Notes: generated from the letters alone by a model not told the origin. A stretch of DNA of 64,000 nucleotides from Octopus sinensis (GCF_006345805.1 NC_043004.1:34968001-35032000), one strand, 5' to 3'; positions 11,701 through 24,215 are shown, counted from the first letter of the stretch. A program made the numbers and translations.

Positions 11701-14700
11701 ATGAATTCTGCCAAATGCGAGCTTTCTTCTTTTCAGGTACATGACGCCACTGCTCCCCGTCCCTGGACCTCTCGGGCCCATACCTTCCACTCCTTCAGGG
11801 TGGGCACCCTCAACGTTGGCACACTGAAAGGTAGATCTGGCGAGATAGTTGAGATGCTTGAACGGAGATGGGTTGATGTATGTTGCATGCAAGAAATAAG
11901 GTGGAGAGGAGGATTGCTAGGTTCCTCACAGGCAAGGAACACAGGTACAAGATTTTCTGGGCAGGGAACACTGACGGGGTCGGTGGCGTGGGTATACTTA
12001 TCGCTGAGAAATGGGTAGATAGAGTAATTGAGGTAATCAGAGTAAGTGACAGAATACTTAAGATTAGAATAGTGCTTCATAATAGATTAGCAACCATTAT
12101 ATCGGCCTATGCCCCTCAGCCAGGGCTAACCGATGGACAGAAAGACAGTTTCTATGACACCCTACTGCAGACCACCTCATTGACGAACGACAGGGACCTT
12201 CTCTTTGTGGCTGGTGATTTCAATGGGCATGTTGGACGTCATGCTGGGGGCTTCCATGGTGTACATGGAGGCTACGGTATGGTTCTCCGCAACGAGGAGG
12301 GAACCAGGCTGCTGGAGTTCTGCGATGCGAATAGTCTTATGGTTTGCAACACTAACTTCAGGAAACCGACAAGCCACCTGGTCACCTACCGATCGGGCCG
12401 GCATACTAGCCAAATCGACTACATCCTTGCCAGAAAAAGGGAAAGATGGCTGCTTATAAATGCCAAAACCTTCCCAGGCGAAGAATGCACCCCCAACATA
12501 GACTGGTAGTTAGTGACTTTAGGATCAGGACTAAGAGGGCGACTAGAAGACGACCAACATGGAGAAGAAGGGTCTGGAAGCTTAAAGACCCTGCGAATGG
12601 ACAGAGATTTAGAGATATGTTACTTGAAGCCTTTGACGAAGTGGAAGGGGGTATAGCTATGCATGGGGTAGAAGACAACTGGACGTTTCTGAGGGACAAC
12701 CTGCTGAAAGCCGCTGACCAGATCTGTGGCTGGTGCAAAGTCCCCTTAAGACCCAAAATAACGTGGTGGTGGAACAATATTGTTGACAGGGCTATTAGAC
12801 AAAAGAAACAGGCTTGGAAGGCCTGGAAGAACGGTGGTAGCAGGGAAGTGTATCAGACTGCCAGAAGGGAAGCTAGGACAGGTCTATCTAGCCAGAGGGG
12901 AGGCAGATAAAGAAAAATTTGCCAATGTCCTGCGCCGTGAGGATGAAAGACTTGAGGTATTTCGTGTTGCAAGACAGTGTGTGAGAGAGAATCGTGACGT
13001 GGTAGGAGAGAAATGTGTTCGCAAGGATGACGGTTCACTTGCGCTAAATGAGGATGCAAAGAGAGAGGCTTGGAGACGCCACTATGAAAGGTTGCTTAAT
13101 GAGGAAAATGAGGGATAAAGAGAGTCTCCCAATGTCGACCCAACAGAGGGACCAGCAATCCGAGTTAACAGTTCCTTAGTAGATAAGGCAATTAGAAGCA
13201 TGAAAACAGGGAAGGAAAGCCCCAGGCCCATCAGGAATTACTGCAGAGATGCTCAAAATATCTGGTAGTGTCGGCTATAGCTTAGTCACCCGTATAGTAA
13301 ACCAGGTGATACACGAAGGAGTCATACCCAATGACTGGTGTGTAGCAGCATAATAGTCAACTGCTACAAAGGTAAAGGCGACGCCCTAGATACAAATAAC
13401 TACAGGGGCATCAAGCTGCTGGATCAGGTAATGAAGGTTACGGAGAGGGTTATAGCCCAATTAATTAGAGAGAGAGTTAGCTTAGATGATATGCAGTTTG
13501 GGTTCGTGCCAGGGAAAAGTACTACTGATGCTATATTCCTGGTAAGACAGCTGCAGGAGAAATACCTAGCCAAAGATAAGCCCTTGTATCTGGCTTTTGT
13601 TGACTTGGAGAAAGCCTTTGACAGGGTCCCCCGATCCCTTATCTGGTGGTCAATGAAGAAACTAGGGATAGATGAATGGTTAGTGAGAGCTGTGCGAGCC
13701 ATGTACAGAGACGCTGCTAGTAAGGTGAGGGTTGGCAACGAGTACAGTGAAGAATTCCGGGTAGAGGTGGGGTCCACCAAGGTTCAGTCCTCAGTCCCCT
13801 CCTATTTATCATAGTCCTCCAGGCAATAACGGAGGAATTCAAGACAGGATGCCCCTGGGAGCTCCTCTATGCTGATGACCTTGCTCTAATTGCTGAGTCA
13901 CTATCAGAACTGGAGAAGAAGTTTCAGGTGTGGAAACAAGGATTAGAATTGAAGGGCCTTAGAATCAACCTAGCCAAAACCAAAGTCCTAATAAGTAGGA
14001 AGGTGGACCAATCACAAACGACTTCAGGTAGATGGCCCTGCTCGATCTGTAAAAAAGGTGTAGGTAGAAACTCTATAAGGTGCACTAAGTGTAAGCTATG
14101 GACACATAAGAGGTGCAGCAATGTCAAAGAAAGGCTAACTAAGAAAATAGTTTTTGTCTGTGGCAGATGCTCAGGAGCAATAAACACTGGAAATGTGCAG
14201 AGACCAACTTCTACCACGTTCCAGGGAGACAAACTAGAAGTAGTTGATAGCTTCTGCTACCTAGGAGACCAAGTCAGTAGCGGGGGTGGGTGTGCTGAAA
14301 GTGTAACTGCTAGAGTAAGAATAGCCTGGGCAAAGTTTAGAGAGCTCTTACCCCTGCTGGTGACAAAAGGCCTCTCGCTAAGAGTAAAAGGCAGACTGTA
14401 TGATGCGTGTGTACGTACAGCCATGCTACATGGTAGTGAAACATGGGCCGTGACTGCTGAGGATATGCATAAGCTCACAAGAAATGAAGCCAGTATGCTC
14501 CGATGGATGTGTAATGTCAGTGTTCATAATCGTCAGAGTGTAAGTACTTTGAGAGAAAAGTTGAACCTAAGAAGTGTCAGTTGTGGTGTGCAAGAGAGAC
14601 GGCTGCGCTGGTATGGTCATGTGACGAGAATGGCTGAAGATAGTTGTGTGCAAAAGTGCTACACCCTAGCAGTTGAGGGAAGCTGTGGAAGAGGTAGACC

Positions 14701-14821
14701 CAGGAAAACCTGGGACGAGGTGGTGAAGCACGACCTTCGAACTTTAGGTCTCACCGAGGAAACGACTAAAGACCGAGTCCTATGGAAGTGTACTGTGCAT
14801 GAGAGGACCCAGCAGGACTAG
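11701..14821 (+). pseudogene. RTE-clade LINE ORF (APE endonuclease + reverse transcriptase), frameshifted
   Basis: APE motifs GTLNVGTL, CCMQE, SAYAPQ, VAGDFNGHVG, SQIDYIL, QHRLVV; RT motifs NYRGIKLL, MQFGF, AFVDLEKAFDRV, HQGSVLSPLLF, LLYADDL, FCYLGD; C-terminal LRWYGHV and GRGRPRKTW; stop TAG at 14819-14821. Confidence 0.95.
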
Positions 14822-15900
14822 TCAGGCCATAACCTGTGGCCCCTACCTGGGACGTAGTCGATCCACCTGTGCATACCTTCCTTCTTGTGACACTTGTGAA
14901 GACCTGCTGAGGCAAGTGAAAATCAATCAAAACAAATCAAAATAGATGAACATCAATGGAATTTGTATCTTTGTGGTACCAGTGCCGTGGCACACAAGAA
15001 AACCATCTGAACGTGGCCGTAGCCAGTACCGCATCGACTGGCCTCCGTGCTGTGGGAATATGACAAACACCATCCGATCGTGGCCGTTCGCCAGCCTCAT
15101 CTAGCACCTGTGTCGGTGGCACATAAAAACACCATCCGAAGACCCGGCAAGACTAGTCAGGCCATAACCTGTGGCCCCTACCTGGGACGTAGTCAGTCCA
15201 CCTGTGCATACCTTCCTTCTTGTGACACTTGTGAAGACCTGTTGCGGCAAGTGAAAATCAAAATCAAATCAAATCAAATCAAATCAAATCAAAACAAATC
15301 AAAATAGATGAACATTAATGGAATTTGTATCTTTGTGGTACCAGTGCCGGTGGCACACAAGAAAACCATCCGAACGTGGCCGTAGCCAGTACCGCATTGA
15401 CTGGCCTCCGTGCTGTGGGCACATGACAAACACCATCCGATCGTGGCCGTTCGCCAGCCTCATCTAGCACCTGTGTCGGTGGCACATAAAAACATCATCC
15501 GAAGACCCGGCAAGACTAGTCAGGCCATAACCCATGGCCCCTACCTGGGACGTAGTCAGTCCACCTGTGCATACCTTCCTTCTTGTGACACTTGTGAAGA
15601 CCTGTTGAGGCAAGTGAAAATCAAAACAAATCAAAATAGATGAACATCAATGGAATTTGTATCTTTGTGGTACCAGTGCCGGTGGCACGTGGCACACAAG
15701 AAAACCATCCGAACGTGGCCGTAGCCAGTACCGCATCGACTGGCCTCCGTGCTGTGGGCACGTAACAAACACCATCCGATCGTGTCCGTTTGCCAGCCTC
15801 ATCTGGCACCTGTGTCGGTGGCACATAAAAACACCATCCGAGCATGGCCGTCTGCCAGCCTCGTCTGGCACCTGTATCGGTGGCACATAAAATCACCCAC
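14806..15900 (+). repeat. Three tandem 335-365 bp units of the RTE 3' end, each with an (AAATC)n tract
   Basis: Units start at 14806, 15141 and 15504 (GACCCRGCARGACTAGTCAGGCCATAACC...). Confidence 0.9.
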
Positions 15901-16065
15901 TACACTCTCGGAGTGGTTGGCGTTAGGACGGGCATCCAGCTGTAGAAACACTGCCAGATCTGACTGGACTGGTGCAGCCTTCGGGCTCCCCAGACCCCAG
16001 TTGAACCGTCCAACCCATGCTAGCATGGAAAGCGGACGTTAAATGATGATGATGATGATGATGAT
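15890..16065 (+). mobile_element. Terminal 3' module and (GAT)n tail of the RTE
   Basis: CACCCACTACACTCTCGGAGTGGTTGGCGTTAGG...CCAACCCATGCTAGCATGGAAAGCGGACGTTAAA(TGA)n. Confidence 0.8.
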
Positions 16066-16076
16066 ATATATGTATA

Positions 16077-16468
16077 GGCGCAGGAGTGTCTGTGTGGTAA
16101 GTAGCTTGCTAACCAACCACATGGTTCCAGGTTCAATCCCACTGCGTGGCACCTTGGGCAAGTGTCTTCTGCTATAGCCTCGGGCCAACCAATGCCTTGT
16201 GAGTGGATTTGGTAGGCAGAAACTGAAAGAAGCCTGTCGTATATATGTATATATATATGTGTGTGTGTTTGTGTGTCTGTGTTTGTCCCCCTAGCATTGC
16301 TTGACAACCGATGCTGGTGTGTTTACATCCCCGTCACTTAGCGGTTCAGCAAAAGAAACCGATAGAATAAGTACTGGGCTTACAAAGAATAAGTCCCAGG
16401 GTCGATTTGCTCGACTAAAGGCGGTGCTCCAGCATGGCCGCAGTCAAATGACTGAATCAAGTAAAGAG
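16077..16468 (+). mobile_element. Full-length tRNA-derived SINE, family A
   Basis: A-box-like TGTCTGTGTGG, B box GGTTCAATCCC, CORE-like GCACCTTGGGCAAGTGTCTT, internal (TA)/(TG) tract, tail GGCGGTGCTCCAGCATGGCCGCAGTCAAATGACTGAA. Confidence 0.85.
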
Positions 16469-16479
16469 TATAGAGCAGA

Positions 16480-17270
16480 AGGGGTTCGTTAGCAATGGTG
16501 AAGGCAACCCATCTAGGAGAAGGAAAGCTCTGAAACCAGGTTTGTGGTTGCTGATGGCCCCCCTTAGTTGATGTGCACTACCAGCATCTACTTACTCATG
16601 GGGTAGACTGGGCTTCGTAGCTTTTGAGCAACTAGACTAGGAGAAGGCCACTCTGATCTCAAATCTGCAATCAATTTAGCATCTGACACTTGGCACACTG
16701 TGCACCAGGACAGGTAAATGCTTTTCTGGTGGAGAGAGAGTGTGCAATGTGCTGCACTAGCAATGACCGCTATAAACAAAACCATGTGCAGATAGTTCAG
16801 TAAAATACTATCAGCAAATACCACCATCATGTTTTGATGGTGAGAGTGTACCTCTGCCCTAAAAAAGGTAAAATCCTATGACGATGAAAGAATAATGATG
16901 AGAACAGTTGAAGGATGTCACTGGAAGTTCTTTGCTTGAACTTTGTAAATGAGTGATATCAAAATTCCAGGAAGGTCAGTTGGAAGGGGCCACTCTTGAG
17001 CTTCAAAGACAAATTAGAAGACAATCTGAAACGACACAACATTCCCTTTTCTTCCTGGGCAAACAAAGCATCAGAACGAAGGACCTGGCATCAGTCCTGT
17101 TTCTCCTCAGTTCAAAGATTTGAGCAAAGTCGACTCCATTACTGGGATCAACTCCATGCAAGCATGAAGGCATACTGGCAAAATGCTGCTCCCTTCAATG
17201 GAAACCTTACCTGTCATTGTGGTCTTGTGGCATGAAGTAAAGCAGGCCTAGCCGTCCCCTCAAGAAAATA
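16480..17270 (+). mobile_element. Second (BovB-like) RTE family relic: 5'UTR-like motifs plus C-terminal coding fragment
   Basis: GGCAACCCATCTAGGAGAAGGAAAGCTCTGA motif occurs twice; 16996-17260 translates SFKDKLEDNLKRHNI...ASERRTW...TCHCG...SKAGLA, like RTE C-termini. Confidence 0.5.
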
Positions 17271-17847
17271 CATAGTAAATGATCCATAAGCACTCGAGCA
17301 AACTTGAGTCCTCAACTTGTTCCATTTGCCAAATGGTTTGCAAGGCACCAGCAGGTCTCAAGAAACACAACTGAATCCATAGAACATGATTAATGCTTTG
17401 TTTTACTGAACTCTCATTTGTCATCAAGAGATTCCACCATATACATAATATATAAGTATGTGTGTGTGTGTGTGTGTGTGTGTGAGGGATAGAGATAGAG
17501 AGTGTGTAAAAAAGGAAAAGAAACCCAATCATACTCACTTAATAAAAATATTCATTCAAGGAAAGAAATAATCTTAAAAAGTTACCATCATTATCATTGA
17601 ATTCCATATTCCCTGTTGCCATGGGTTGGATAGTTTCACAGGATCCCATGAATATGAAGACTATGTTATGCTCCAGTGTTTGCTTTGGCATGATTTCTAA
17701 GGCTGGGTGCCATTCCTAATACCATTCACTTTAGAGAGTGTTCTTGGGTGCACCTTTCCATACAACCAGCACTAGTGAGATCCCAATATTACAGCAGTAT
17801 TATGATTTTCTATTACATATACCAATGTTAATATTAGGGGTAAATAA

Positions 17848-18575
17848 GGTGTGCTGGAGGAATTATTAGCACACTGGGCAAAATGCTTAGCAGCATTTCA
17901 TCGGTCTTTTACATTGAGTTCAAAGTTCCATTGGGCAAATCTGTCTTTATGTTCTGAGTTCAGATTCTGCTGAGGTCGATTTTGCCAATGAAATAATTAC
18001 CAGTTGGACACTGAGGATCGATGTAATCAACTTGACTTCTCCCCTAAAGTTGTTGGCCTTGTGCAAAAATCTGAAAGTAATAATATGGTTAAGTATTATG
18101 ATCATGTATTATTTATTATTTATTAATGTTCAGGGTTGATGTGGATTGGCAGAATTCTTTTCTACTCTAAGCATAAGGCCCGAAATTCTGGGGGAGGGGG
18201 CCAGTCGATTAGATCGACCTCAGCACACAACTGGTACTTAATTTATCAACCTTGAAAGGATGAAAGGCAAAGCTGACCTCTGCAGAATTTGAACTCAGAA
18301 TGAAAAGACAGACAAAATACAGCTAAGCATTTCGTCTGGCATACTAACGTTTCTTATTTCTTTATTGCTCACAAGGAGGGGCCAAACAAGGACAGACAAA
18401 GGAATTAAGTCGATTACATTGACCTCAGTGCATAACTGGTGCTTAATTTATCGACCCCGAAAGGATAAAAGGCAAAGTCAACCTCGGCAGAATTTGAACT
18501 CAGAATGTAACGGGAGATGAAATACTGCTAAGCATTTCATCTGGCAGGCTAACGTTTCTGCCAGCTCACCGCCAG
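17848..18575. mobile_element. SINE family B cluster: + copy 17848-18078, - copies 18160-18345 and 18355-18575
   Basis: Head GGCGAGCTGGCAGAAACGTTAGC, B box GAGTTCAAATTC, Nin/Deu-like domain. Confidence 0.8.
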
Positions 18576-18809
18576 TGGATCGGCAGAATTGCTAGAGCAT
18601 TGGAGAAACACTTTGCAGATTTTGATTTGTTTTTTTTTATGATCTGATTTCAAATCCCATCCGAGTAAATATTTCCCTTTGTCCTTTCAGAGCCAATAAA
18701 ATAGAATACTGGGATATATAGAACTGACATGCTACCAACCTCCCAAAAATGGCTTTCACCTACATAAGAAACCATTATTTATGTGTGTTGGTATTATAAT
18801 TAATTCTAA

Positions 18810-19020
18810 AGCAGCAGACTTGAAGAATCATCACCACACCAGACAAAATGCTTTATGGCATTTCTTCTGACTTTACTTTCTGAGTTCAAATGCTGCTAGC
18901 GTCAGTTTTGCCTTTCACCCTTTCAGAGTCAATAAAATACCAGTTATGCATTGGGGTCGATGTACTCAACTTACCCCCTTCCCTGAAATTGCTAGCCTTG
19001 TGGCAACATTTGAAACTGAT
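18810..19020 (+). mobile_element. SINE family B copy
   Basis: TCTGAGTTCAAATGCTGC...TTTTGCCTTTCACCCTTTCAGAGTCAATAAAATACCAGTT...GCCTTGTGGC. Confidence 0.7.
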
Positions 19021-19699
19021 ATTATAATAGACTTTGATATGAAGCTATGTGTGGGTCTGAGATAGTAAGAAAGCAAACTGATGCTTTAGATTGTTTAGTT
19101 TGGATTAGTTATGATTCCGGTTTAGAATCAGACAAAAGGAGAAACTTCTTCACACTTACATGGTTGAAGCAATGGAGAGTCATAACTTGAGAAATGCACA
19201 ACTTAAATAAATTCAACAACTGGCTAAATACAGAATTTGTACTAACTCAACAAGTGGTCAATAAATTGTGAATATTGTGTAATTAGCCTGTATGTTCTCT
19301 GTCAACTTAGACAAGGGTATCAGCAAAGAGAATTCAACCAAGTCTGATATACATCAGCCATGTCAAAACAATTTACAATCATAACAACAGATGAGGAAGC
19401 ATTAGGCATTCATATAAATTAAAAACCATATAAATTGTCCCTCTAATTATTCTTCTAATATATTGATTTTTACTTTAGACATGTCCAGGGTGAAGTGTAA
19501 TCAATTAAATAGATCTGGAGTATTGCTGCTACTTATTTTATTAATGCCATTTGGACGACAAATGGACTGACTCACAGAGATTTAGAATGAAGAACATAAA
19601 GATTAATTACCTTAGGGAAGTACAAGTAGAAGAGGTTCAGGAAAAAGGAAGAGGAGATGGAGACATACAGTGTGGAGGAAGAGTGAAAGTTCCTATGAG

Positions 19700-20075
19700 A
19701 TCAGCTCATGAGGACCAGACAGCAAATCTGTGACTTGCACAAAGTTTTAGCCAGACTGAGAGTAACATGGTAGTCAGAGCAGTGAAGTAGACAGAGCCAC
19801 AAGGGTGAAGAAACACACTTGGAAAGACTGTAAACATGAGGGTAGCAGAGAATTATATCAGGTAAATAGAAAAGAAGCTAAGCAACAGGTTTACTTTGCA
19901 AAGAAAGAAGAGGAAGAAGTTTGCCAATGTTCTACAGTGTGTGGCGTTCTAGATTGCAAGACAATGTATTTGAGAGAACTGAGATGTTGTAGGTGAGAAC
20001 AGTGTTTAGATGGATAATGGTACACATGCAACAACTCACAAGTGTGAAAAAATGTGCATGGAGGTTGCTATTTCT
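19700..20075 (+). mobile_element. Decayed internal fragment of the RTE family
   Basis: Aligns by eye to 12740-13090 (e.g. GGTAGCAGAGAATTATATCAG vs GGTAGCAGGGAAGTGTATCAG; TTTGCCAATGT). Confidence 0.6.
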
Positions 20076-20379
20076 CTTGTCAACAAGTTATCTGTTTACT
20101 TCACATCGCTTTGAAGATGTGGAATAAGAGGCCAATTATTTGGAAGGAACGGTTAGATAACTGAAAGAGCATCTAGATATGAAACAATATGCCAATGGTA
20201 TATTCATCTTACCCATACTGGCATGGACAAAACATAAGTGAGATGAACAAACAAATAAATGAACACTTTTTAAAAGAAAAAATGCATAATACAAATGCAA
20301 AAAGCTAAAAACAACTATACAAATATATTTTAAAAATCAATAAAACATTAAAATTGTAAACATTAAGAACCTGAAACCA

Positions 20380-21650
20380 AAGCACCATAAAAAAAAAAGA
20401 TTAAAAAAAGTAATTAGAAAATACACAACAAAATCAAATCTCAGCAGACTTGCAAAACATTTGACTAAAAGATGTTAAACTAGAATTAACCATCGAGGGA
20501 CATATGAATATATGGGAATGTAGGAGTGAGTTAAAGGTAGAAAATATAAAGCTGGGAATTTTGAATCTACAGGTGTAAATAGTTAAAAAAGAAAAAAATC
20601 AATAGAAAAACTTTTATGGACCAATGAGAGAAAAAAAAACTTGTAAATAAAATATCATAAAGAATAACAAAAACACAAATTGATCAATCACAGACATCGT
20701 GGAAAGAAGCACCAATATCAATATCACATGGAGAAATCTTTAACTCATTGCATCAGCTACAGTAGGCACCAAGGAATGAGGATGACTCTTCAAAGCTTTG
20801 CATATAAGAACATCGAAAATCTAACACAAAATAAGGAAAACAAACTTGAGATAAAAACATGAAGTAAAATATAACATCTCAATCTTTAATGATATCAACA
20901 GCTAAGACAGAAATTAGAAAATAAAAAGGAGATAAATACCGCCAAAATATAACAAGAAAGAAGAGCCCCGAATCAAAGAATGCCTAAGACAAAAGATCCT
21001 TGCTAAATCGCAAAGAATTTGTCGTTATGAAAAGCGATAACATTTCTTTGAACTAAAGCATTTTGTTGATTATACAAAGAACAAAGTAAAAACAAAATCA
21101 ATGCAACACCATTGAGAAGAAAAGTAACAGAATTTTGTGGGGGAAGAAGTATAAACAGCAGATGGATTGCCAAAGGTGAAAATGTTAAAAGCAACAAGAA
21201 TAATAGCAAAAAATTCCAGGGAAGAAATTCTAATGAAGAATTAACACAGCTACTACAAAATACAAATAACTGGAAAACACTCAGAATTGATAAAGTGTCA
21301 AATTTCTGGCTACAAATTTAACATAAGCCCACAAAAACGCAAAGCTATTCAATGATTTCCTCTCGGGGGCTTGAAACAATATCTTAATGTTTCAGTGAGA
21401 AAACCACTGTCTTAATCCTCAAAATAAACATCAATGCCACAAAACTACAACCTCTAACCTGCTACCTATTATTGTATACGATGCCTTAACAGAAATGTTA
21501 TGACAAAAGATAAATGTTCACCTCAGAGGAACAACATACAATCAGAAGAGAAAAGATAGTGTTAAGGCTCTTATGTATGATCACCATAACCATAATTGAA
21601 AATATGAGAAGAAAGGAGAATGCCGTGGGTTAATAGTAATTACCATGAAG
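20380..21650 (+). mobile_element. R4/Dong-like non-LTR retrotransposon relic (pre-RT and RT N-terminal region)
   Basis: VTEF...WIAK...SNEELTQLLQNTNNWKTLRIDKVSNFWL, then remnants like TVLIPK / NYxPLTC; many stops and frameshifts. Confidence 0.65.
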
Positions 21651-21660
21651 TAAAAGGCAG

Positions 21661-23070
21661 AGTAAAAGGCAGACTGTATGATGCGTGTGTACGAACAGCC
21701 ATGCTACATGGCAGCGAAACATGGGCTGTGACTGCTGAGGACATGCGTAAGCTCGTGAGGAATGAAGCCAGTATGCTCCGATGGATGTGTAATGTCAGTG
21801 TACATACTCGACAGAGCGTTAGCACCTTGAGAGAAATGTTGTACCTAAGAAGCATCAGTTGTGGTGTGCAAGAGAGACGATTGCGCTGGTATGGTCATGT
21901 GGCGAGAAGGATGAAGATAGGTGTGTGAGAAAGTGCCAATCCCTAGCAGTTGAGGGAACCCGTGGAAGAGGTGACCCAGGAAAACCTGGGACGAGGTGGT
22001 GAAGCACGACCTTCGAACTTTAGGCCTCACTGAGGAAATGACCAGAGACCGAGACCTTGGAAATATTCTGTACGTGAGAAGACCAGGCAGGACAAGTGAG
22101 CCCAGCCCACTTATGAATGCTTTCCTCCCTTGGACACAAAGACCGGTTGAGGCAAGCGAAGTCGATATAGAACCTCATCCGACGACAGACCCCATCCCAA
22201 CCCCCCTGCTTGCGAAGACATGTTGGGGCAAGCGAAATCGAAATCGAAATCGAACCGAATGAAGAACCAGCCAGGATCCCTGGCCTGGTGGTACATAAAA
22301 AGCACTATCCGACTCGGGGCCGTGGCACGTAAAATACTCCAATGCGACCGTACGACAGGCACCCATGCCAACCCCCTTTGCTTGTGAAGACATGTTGGGG
22401 CAAGCGAAATCGAAATCGAATTGAACCAGCCAGGATCCCTGGTCTGGTGGTACGTAAAGCACTATCCGACTCGTGGCCGTGGCACGTAAAATACTCCAAT
22501 GCGACCGTACGACAGGCACCCTTGCCAACCCCCTCTGCTTGTGAAGACATGTTGGGGCAAGCGAAATCGAAATCGAATTGAACCAGCCAGTATCCCTGGT
22601 CTGGTGGTACGTAAAGCACTATCCGACTCGTGGCCGTGGCACGTAAAATACTCCAATGCGACCGTACGACAGGCACCCTTGCCACCCCCTTGCTTGTGAA
22701 GACATGTGGGGCAAGCGAAATCGAATCGAATTGAACCAGCCAGGATCCCTGGTCTGGTGGTACGTAAAGCACTATCCGACTCGTGGCCGATGCCAGCACC
22801 GCCTCGACTGGCTTCCGTGCCGTGGCACATAAAATACACCAATCTGACCGTGGCCGTTGCCAGCCCCGCCTGGCACCTGTGCAGGTGGCACGTAAAAAGC
22901 ACCCACTACACTCACGGAGTGGTTGGCGTTAGGAAGGGCATCCAGCTGTAGAAACATTGCCAAATTAGACTGGAGCCTGGTGCAGCCTTCTGGTTTCCCA
23001 GAACCCCGGTCGAACCGTCCAACCCATGCTAGCATGGAGAACGGACGTTAAACGACGATGATGATGAAGC
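21661..23070 (+). mobile_element. 5'-truncated RTE (related subfamily) with tandem 3' array and terminal module
   Basis: RVKGRLYDACVRTAMLHGSETWAV...LRWYGHVAR nearly identical to 14380-14640; ends CATGCTAGCATGGAGAACGGACGTTAAACGACGATGATG. Confidence 0.9.
22198..22790 (+). repeat. About 157-bp tandem repeat (about 3.7 units) with (GAAATC)n tracts
   Basis: Units start near 22198, 22371, 22528 and 22684 (CCCC..TGCTTGTGAAGACATGTTGGGGCAAGCGAAATCG). Confidence 0.9.
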
Positions 23071-23229
23071 TTCTGGCAGCAGAGTTCCACAATTGTGTAC
23101 TCTTGAAACATTAACCATGAATATAATAGCACTAATGTAAAGTTTCTAAAAGAGAAGTTGAAGAAATTACTAAGAAAAACTAGGAAACTAAATGACCAGG
23201 TTTTGAAGAACAATGTACTGAATAAAAGA

Positions 23230-23640
23230 AAGATTCTGCTTGTCTCTAATATGGTATGAGTCTTTCTGGAATAATAAATCATTGTAAAATTACTAAAAAT
23301 GGTTACAATATGAGTAAAAATGAAAAGAATTAAATTAAATTATGTGAATACAAAATGACAATCTAGTAAAGTTCCAGTCTGACAAATTCTCTACAAGAGT
23401 GACCAAACCAGAGATGAGTAAATAAATAAAGTATATGCTAAGGGCTGAGACGCCCAAGATTTGAAAGTGAGACAGAAGGGTTTTTGGTAATTGCGCAGCA
23501 CTATAATCTCTCAAGTGGAACAGGAGCAAAACTTATAAATTGCCATATATGTAGAGGCTGCGAAGAAAGAATCAACAATATTGGTTCTACTTGTCATTTA
23601 GTTTCCACCAAAATAATTTATAAAATGCCATGACATGATT
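23230..23640 (+). mobile_element. R4/Dong-like relic, zinc-knuckle region (probable continuation of 20380-21650)
   Basis: Remnant reading LRAETP..ESETEGFLVIAQ...CHICRGCEERINNIGSTCHLVST resembles the ETEG..AAQDQ / CRxC..ETIxHI motif. Confidence 0.5.
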
Positions 23641-24099
23641 TTTACTGTTCAAGAGTATTGTCAAAAGATGAACTAATGAGATGGGAGAGGGGGTCTCTAT
23701 ACAGTTAGACAATCTACTAGGAAAAAATAAACAAACAAATCTCCTGTACACCATACCCTCCCATCTTAAAAGTGTAAGGGCACATTGGATAATCTGATCC
23801 TGGATGCAAACTGCTAGAAAATAAACAGGATTGTCATGGCTTGACTACCGTTTATCATAAGGCTGTTCAGTTAGAGTTAATACGAACTCTGCAAAAGGAT
23901 AGTATGAACAAATGCCATAAAAAGTCTCAGACTAATTTCTTAGACATTATTGTCTCAAAGTTCAGCAAGAAGGAACAAGGGGGCGGTGGGAATACAAGTC
24001 TTCTAAACGACTTATTAAGTTGAAGACAAAACAATATATCTCCAAAAGAAATGTACCTGGAAATGGAGACATGTGAGGATTGAAAAACAGAACTAATCT

Positions 24100-24163
24100 C
24101 AATAACAACAACAATAATAATAACAACAATAATAATGATAATAACAATAATAATGATAATAAC

Positions 24164-24215
<52 letters not shown>
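24100..24215. repeat. (AAT/AAC)n microsatellite
   Basis: Directly visible. Confidence 0.95.

Noticed and set aside
22198-22790. CRISPR-like array
   Set aside because: Units are near-identical along their whole length with no unique spacers, the context is eukaryotic, and no cas genes are present. The same applies to 14806-15900.
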